Shown: piece after piece, positions 63,240 to 64,000 of the stretch | How the letters are laid out: each line of letters starts with the position of its first letter | Position numbering within the stretch: position 1 is the first letter of the stretch | Source: Selaginella moellendorffii | Lineage: Eukaryota > Plantae > Lycopodiophyta | Direction of reading: 5' to 3' | DNA length: 64,000 nt | Assembly: GCF_000143415.4 (NCBI RefSeq) | Contig: NW_003314333.1 | Span: 186,001 to 250,000 of the forward strand | Position numbers and translations under genes: made by a program | Notes under the pieces: generated by a model | What the model was told of the DNA's origin: nothing | Database searches by the model: none | What the model saw: only the letters and a program-made list of their open reading frames with translations

Positions 63240-64000
63240 ATGGTGATCGAGCACATAGATCTGGTGGCCGATGCGCTCAAGCTCGCCTATCGCATCGTGA
63301 GGAACTACCAGGATGTCCCCAAGCAGAGAGGTAAATGCCGGGAGCTGATTGACCAGGTGTGTAGGCTGGCTCGCCTCCTCCAGGAGCTCCAAAACTCGCG
63401 AACGCCGCAAGCGCCACTCACCCCTCAGGCCAAGGCATGCTTCGAGGGCCTCAACAAATGCCTCGAGGACGCCTACAGGTATCTTTCTTCCATCCGCACT
63501 CAAAAATCGCAAGCTCGAGTGGCTTGGCAGGGTTTTGGAGAAGACATCGAGGGCCAGCATTCTCCGCTACATTTTCATGAGCAAGGAGGTTAACGAAGAT
63601 TTGAGCGTCGTGTCCGGCAGTATAGATGGCTTCCTCAAGTCCGTCCCGCTGGTGTGCTTGACGGTGACTGTACGAATACTAAGAACTGTGTGTTTGCAGA
63701 TCCAATTCACGCAAGCAACGGCAATCCAAACCGACGTGAAGGAGCTGGCGAGCGCATTCTCCAAGCTGAGCACGGAGCTCCAGCATAAGAGCGCGTACAC
63801 GCAAGAGCAGCAAGACCTTGCGGACGAGGTATGTTTTCCTGCCAAGTAGCGAGCGAGAGTGTTCGAGCTTTGGTTGCAGGTGTTGTCGATATTGCGGAGC
63901 AGGAGGACTGAAGATGAACAAGAGAGCACCTTGGACAAGCTTCTAGCGTGGCTCGCGGAGAAATTCGAGTCGGACATGGAGACCGTGCGCAGGGAATGGC
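63240..64000 (+). CDS. 5' part of a gene with an N-terminal MLKL-NTD/MCAfunc/UND-like helical bundle (runs off the window)
   Basis: MVIEHIDLVADALKLAYRIV...KCRELIDQVCRLARLLQEL...LNKCLEDAY..., followed by helical exons with GT-AG introns; downstream domains not visible. Confidence 0.55.

Overview
Gene-dense land-plant nuclear DNA, most consistent with the lycophyte Selaginella (inferred from introns mostly 37-90 nt, very small intergenic gaps and many intronless PLS-class PPR genes). Layout: nested, decayed Ty3/Gypsy LTR elements and LTR-like repeats (1-8.1 kb); PHYLLO with an apparently complete MenF module (8.2-15.7 kb); a divergently transcribed, putatively mitochondrial Gly-rich low-complexity gene; five tightly packed PLS-E PPR genes, most with an unusual loop inserted in their L motifs (17.1-28.6 kb); a PUB13-like U-box/ARM gene. 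Next come three co-oriented plastid/carotenoid-related loci: a TIC32-family SDR with an altered cofactor site, an atypical C-terminally truncated VDE, and a beta-carotene hydroxylase pseudogene that appears in the ORF track only as short fragments (32.2-36.3 kb). After an AT-rich decayed block and a duplicated PUB 3' fragment come NRL/NPH3-like, GH9C, two CYSTM, an S-motif-rich PPR, LigB, a kinase-like gene, GH17/LTP-like/GH17, Z-ISO and a truncated MLKL-NTD/UND-like gene. The best candidate for an undescribed system is the BCH(pseudo)-VDE-like-SDR trio, possibly a specialised xanthophyll (retro-/keto-carotenoid) module; this is a hypothesis. Exon boundaries were read by eye and residue numbering of reference proteins is from memory.
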